In this document: positions 61,329 through 64,000 of the stretch, in pieces
Numbering within the stretch: position 1 is the first letter of the stretch
Layout: every line of letters begins with the position of its first letter
Origin: Pelagomonas calceolata
Taxonomy: Eukaryota
Assembly: GCA_918797485.1 (NCBI GenBank)
Contig: CAKKNE010000002.1
Span: 4,340,001-4,404,000 of the forward strand
Direction: 5' to 3'
Length of the DNA stretch: 64,000 nt
Translations under genes and position numbers: made by a program
The notes under the pieces: model-generated
Told to the model about the DNA's origin: nothing
Database searches by the model: none
What the model saw: the letters and a program-made list of their open reading frames with translations, nothing else

Positions 61329-62036
61329 TCACGCCGGGTTGATCGAGTCGCGCATGATCTTAACGCTGGCGACGTGGGCGGCGACAAAGAGGCCAACGTC
61401 GACACCGGTAGCCGCCGTATAGCTCGTGACTCCTTTCGCGCGTGAAAACTTGGCAACAACGGCGCCGTCGGCCAATTTGAGCACGCCACCGTACGTCTGG
61501 GTGTTGCCACAACTAGAGACGAAGCCGATCGTGGCAAAGCGCTCGAAGCCGCCGGGAGTCGCGAGTCGGATGTCGGTACTGTACTGGCTCATCCATGACA
61601 TCATCGGCGAGACGGTAGCCCACGGGTAGAGTGCGACGCCGTCGTGCTCCAAGACAGGGGTGAGCCCCTCCACGCGCGGCACCGTGCTTAAGATGTTTGA
61701 CGAACACTGGAAGCACGCGGTTTGGCTCGGCCGTATTAGGGGGATGGGCTGTACGAGCGCCACGAGTTTACCGTCCGCGCCTTTGACGGGCGTCAGGTGC
61801 GCCATCATCTCGGCGGTCGAGGCCCTACCATAGTCCTTCATGAGCGAACGGCCGTCAATTTGCGCGATGGTCTGCCCATCGAGCGACAAGGGCAGCACGC
61901 TGCCCGGCTTTGATTTCTCATACTCGGGCAGCGTAAACGTGGCCTCGCCGCCGCCGGTCGCCGTCCCGAAGAGGTATGCACCGGTCGGGGGCTGCTGCGG
62001 TGCGAGGACCGCGGGGATCGATGCGCCGCACCCCAT
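61329..62036 (-). CDS. Hypothetical dually acylated (MGCGAS) membrane-associated protein
   Basis: N-terminal MGCGAS myristoylation/palmitoylation motif; beta-rich body ending in a hydrophobic helix. Confidence 0.6.
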   Translation of the reverse strand: MGCGASIPAVLAPQQPPTGAYLFGTATGGGEATFTLPEYEKSKPGSVLPLSLDGQTIAQIDGRSLMKDYGRASTAEMMAHLTPVKGADGKLVALVQPIPLIRPSQTACFQCSSNILSTVPRVEGLTPVLEHDGVALYPWATVSPMMSWMSQYSTDIRLATPGGFERFATIGFVSSCGNTQTYGGVLKLADGAVVAKFSRAKGVTSYTAATGVDVGLFVAAHVASVKIMRDSINPA

Positions 62037-62264
62037 TGATGAGTCCTGCGGCAGCTGCTGGGCCCGGTGCGTGCGCTACGCAGCTGCAGAAAGGATCGCG
62101 CGCTAGTGTCTTACAGGACGCTAGAGGTCGTCGGCGCTACGCGACGTGCGCCAGCTCTCCGCATCGCATCGCTCGTACAGAGCTGCGCCAAGGCCCCCTC
62201 TACCCTGTACAATCGCCTTTACCGAATCGGAAGCGAGTGCCACGCGGCAGGGCATCGATCAAAC

Positions 62265-63674
62265 ATGACGACAAAAACCGGCTCCACCCCCGTCGACCTC
62301 GACGCCATCCCGCCACCGGTCCCGTTCATCGTCTGCATCGGCGGCGCGGCGGTGCAGGTCGCCGGCCTGCTGGCCGTCTGGTCCCAGACGAGCGCCGGGC
62401 CCTGCCTCGCGGCGCCTATGGCCTGCGTCCGAAGCGACGACGCGGACCCCTGGGGGCGACTGGTCGTCGGCGTTCTCACGGTGGCGGCATTTATTTGGGC
62501 GGTCTCCCTAAGGACGGACACGCACTCCGACGCGTCGATCGTCGACCGGCTCTGGTCGATCCAGCCCTGGGTCTACTGCTGGTATGTTTGTTTCATGTTT
62601 CCATCGTCCGCACGCGTCGTGCTCATGACGGCGCTCGCGACGGCCTGGGGTATACGACTTACCTACAATTTCGCGATCAAAGGCGGCTACGCCGGCGGCG
62701 AGGACTACCGCTGGGCGGTCGTGCGCCACTGGTACCCGGGGTGGCGCTATGAAATTGTCCATGCGGTGTTCGTGTGCGGATTTCAGCAATTGCTACTGCT
62801 CGCCATCGCGGCGCCGGTCGTCGCGGCCGCGCAAAGTCAAGCACCGCTCAACGCCGGCGACGCGCTGGCCGCGCTGGTTTTCGTCTGCGCCTTGGTGCTC
62901 GAGACGATTGCAGACCGGCAGCAGTTCGCCTTTCAGACGGCGAAGTATGCCAGTGGCACGAAGCCGACCAAGGGTTTTCTGGACACTGGCGTCTGGGCCT
63001 ACAGTCGCCACCCGAACTACTTCGCGGAAGTGTTGTTGTGGTGGGCCTTTTACGGCTTCGCCGTCGCGGCGACGGGCGAGCTGAATTGGTCCGGTGCCGG
63101 CGCGGTATGTCTTACAATTCTCTTCGTGGCGCCGGGTGCATCGGCGGACCTCACTGAGCTCCTATGTTCGAAGAAGTATCCAGAATACAAAGAGTACCAA
63201 AAAAGGGTGTCGCGGCTGGTGCCGTGGATTCCTAGCGAGGAGAGGCCGGCGGTGCTGGGACCAGTCGCTCGCGCCGCATACCTCTTGTACTTTGCGAGCC
63301 ACATCCCAATCACGTTACTGATAGATGCCCAAGCGGCGATCGACCATAGATACTTCCCGGAGCCCGCGCAAGCGCTCTTGGATTGGCACATTCGAGTCAA
63401 CGGAGATTTCCTCATGGGCGCGCCGCCGCTTTGGTTCCGGAGCGTCGTCTGGGGAGAGATATGCCTCCAGCTCCCGTTCTTCTTCGTGGCGGTGAAGGCG
63501 TTGTATGATCGCGACGAGGCGGCCTTCCGCATACCGTTTGTCATTTACGGCGCGCACACGGCGACGACGATGATACCTATCCTGGGGGAGATCGGCGGGT
63601 CAACGCGGCTGACGCTGATCTACCTGCCCTACCTGCTGTTCCCGCTGGGGTGCGTTGTGCTGTTTAGTGTGTAA
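62265..63674 (+). CDS. DUF1295 (steroid 5-alpha-reductase-like) fused to an EXPERA/TMEM97-like domain
   Basis: SIVDRLWS, WGIRLTYNF..KGGY..GEDYRW, ETIADRQQ, GVWAYSRHPNYFAE; then YFASHIPITLLIDAQ...DFLM..PPLWF...EICLQLPFF...YGAHTATT...YLPYLLFP. Confidence 0.85.
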   Translation: MTTKTGSTPVDLDAIPPPVPFIVCIGGAAVQVAGLLAVWSQTSAGPCLAAPMACVRSDDADPWGRLVVGVLTVAAFIWAVSLRTDTHSDASIVDRLWSIQPWVYCWYVCFMFPSSARVVLMTALATAWGIRLTYNFAIKGGYAGGEDYRWAVVRHWYPGWRYEIVHAVFVCGFQQLLLLAIAAPVVAAAQSQAPLNAGDALAALVFVCALVLETIADRQQFAFQTAKYASGTKPTKGFLDTGVWAYSRHPNYFAEVLLWWAFYGFAVAATGELNWSGAGAVCLTILFVAPGASADLTELLCSKKYPEYKEYQKRVSRLVPWIPSEERPAVLGPVARAAYLLYFASHIPITLLIDAQAAIDHRYFPEPAQALLDWHIRVNGDFLMGAPPLWFRSVVWGEICLQLPFFFVAVKALYDRDEAAFRIPFVIYGAHTATTMIPILGEIGGSTRLTLIYLPYLLFPLGCVVLFSV

Positions 63675-63677
63675 GTC

Positions 63678-63998
63678 TTAGGCCGAGAGAAGCTTCCCCC
63701 AGCCCGCCGGCGGCGCCTGCCTCGGCGCCGGCGCGATCGCCTCGACGTCGTCCTCGTCGTCGTCGTCGTCCTCGTCGACGTACTTCGTCAGGTCCCTGAT
63801 GACGTCTGCATGCTCAAAGCAGTCGTCGGCGGCGTCGCCGCAATAGCACGGAGTCTCGTCCTGCGCGACGAGCTTCGAGGCGCAGAGCGCAGAGGCGTCG
63901 AGGCGTTGCAAGGCCGCCCAGCCGCCGCGTTCGAGCGTGCCGAATGCGTGCCCGCGTGAGCTATTTTCTTGCTTGCTTTTGTCCTTGGCTTTTGGGCT
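63678..63998 (-). CDS. Hypothetical protein, 3' part (starts beyond the right edge)
   Basis: The frame of track ORF 63678-63911 stays open to the window edge. Confidence 0.55.
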   Translation of the reverse strand, partial: SPKAKDKSKQENSSRGHAFGTLERGGWAALQRLDASALCASKLVAQDETPCYCGDAADDCFEHADVIRDLTKYVDEDDDDDEDDVEAIAPAPRQAPPAGWGKLLSA

Positions 63999-64000
63999 CC

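Overview
A gene-dense, GC-rich eukaryotic nuclear window with about 44 mostly single-exon protein genes and very short intergenic gaps. No rRNA, tRNA, CRISPR array or autonomous transposase was recognisable by eye. The organism is probably a stramenopile alga of the pelagophyte type (Pelagomonas/Aureococcus-like). This is an inference from bipartite 'ASAFAP'-type plastid presequences, flagellar genes (DNAI2, SPEF1), expanded U-box/Sel1 and MYND-RINGv-TPR families, and intron style. Recognisable genes include MSH3, dynein IC2, gamma-carbonic anhydrase, a Nup98-like FG/GLEBS protein, SNF5-like, a MYB/SANT protein, TGT, nitroreductase, an ERGIC-family protein, a SpoU rRNA methyltransferase and GCIP. 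The main non-coding signals are three. (1) Two related ~55-65 bp elements with terminal inverted repeats and 8-bp target-site duplications sit in one gene and are predicted to splice out exactly as introns (introner-type intron-creating transposons, one GC-AG). (2) A ~22-24 bp GCTAGTGTCTTAC..ACGCTAGC motif recurs upstream of start codons. (3) A GTGCTAG(G/A)ACTAG repeat family recurs at gene 3' ends. Several unusual domain fusions are also present. All domain calls come from motif recognition, not database searches.
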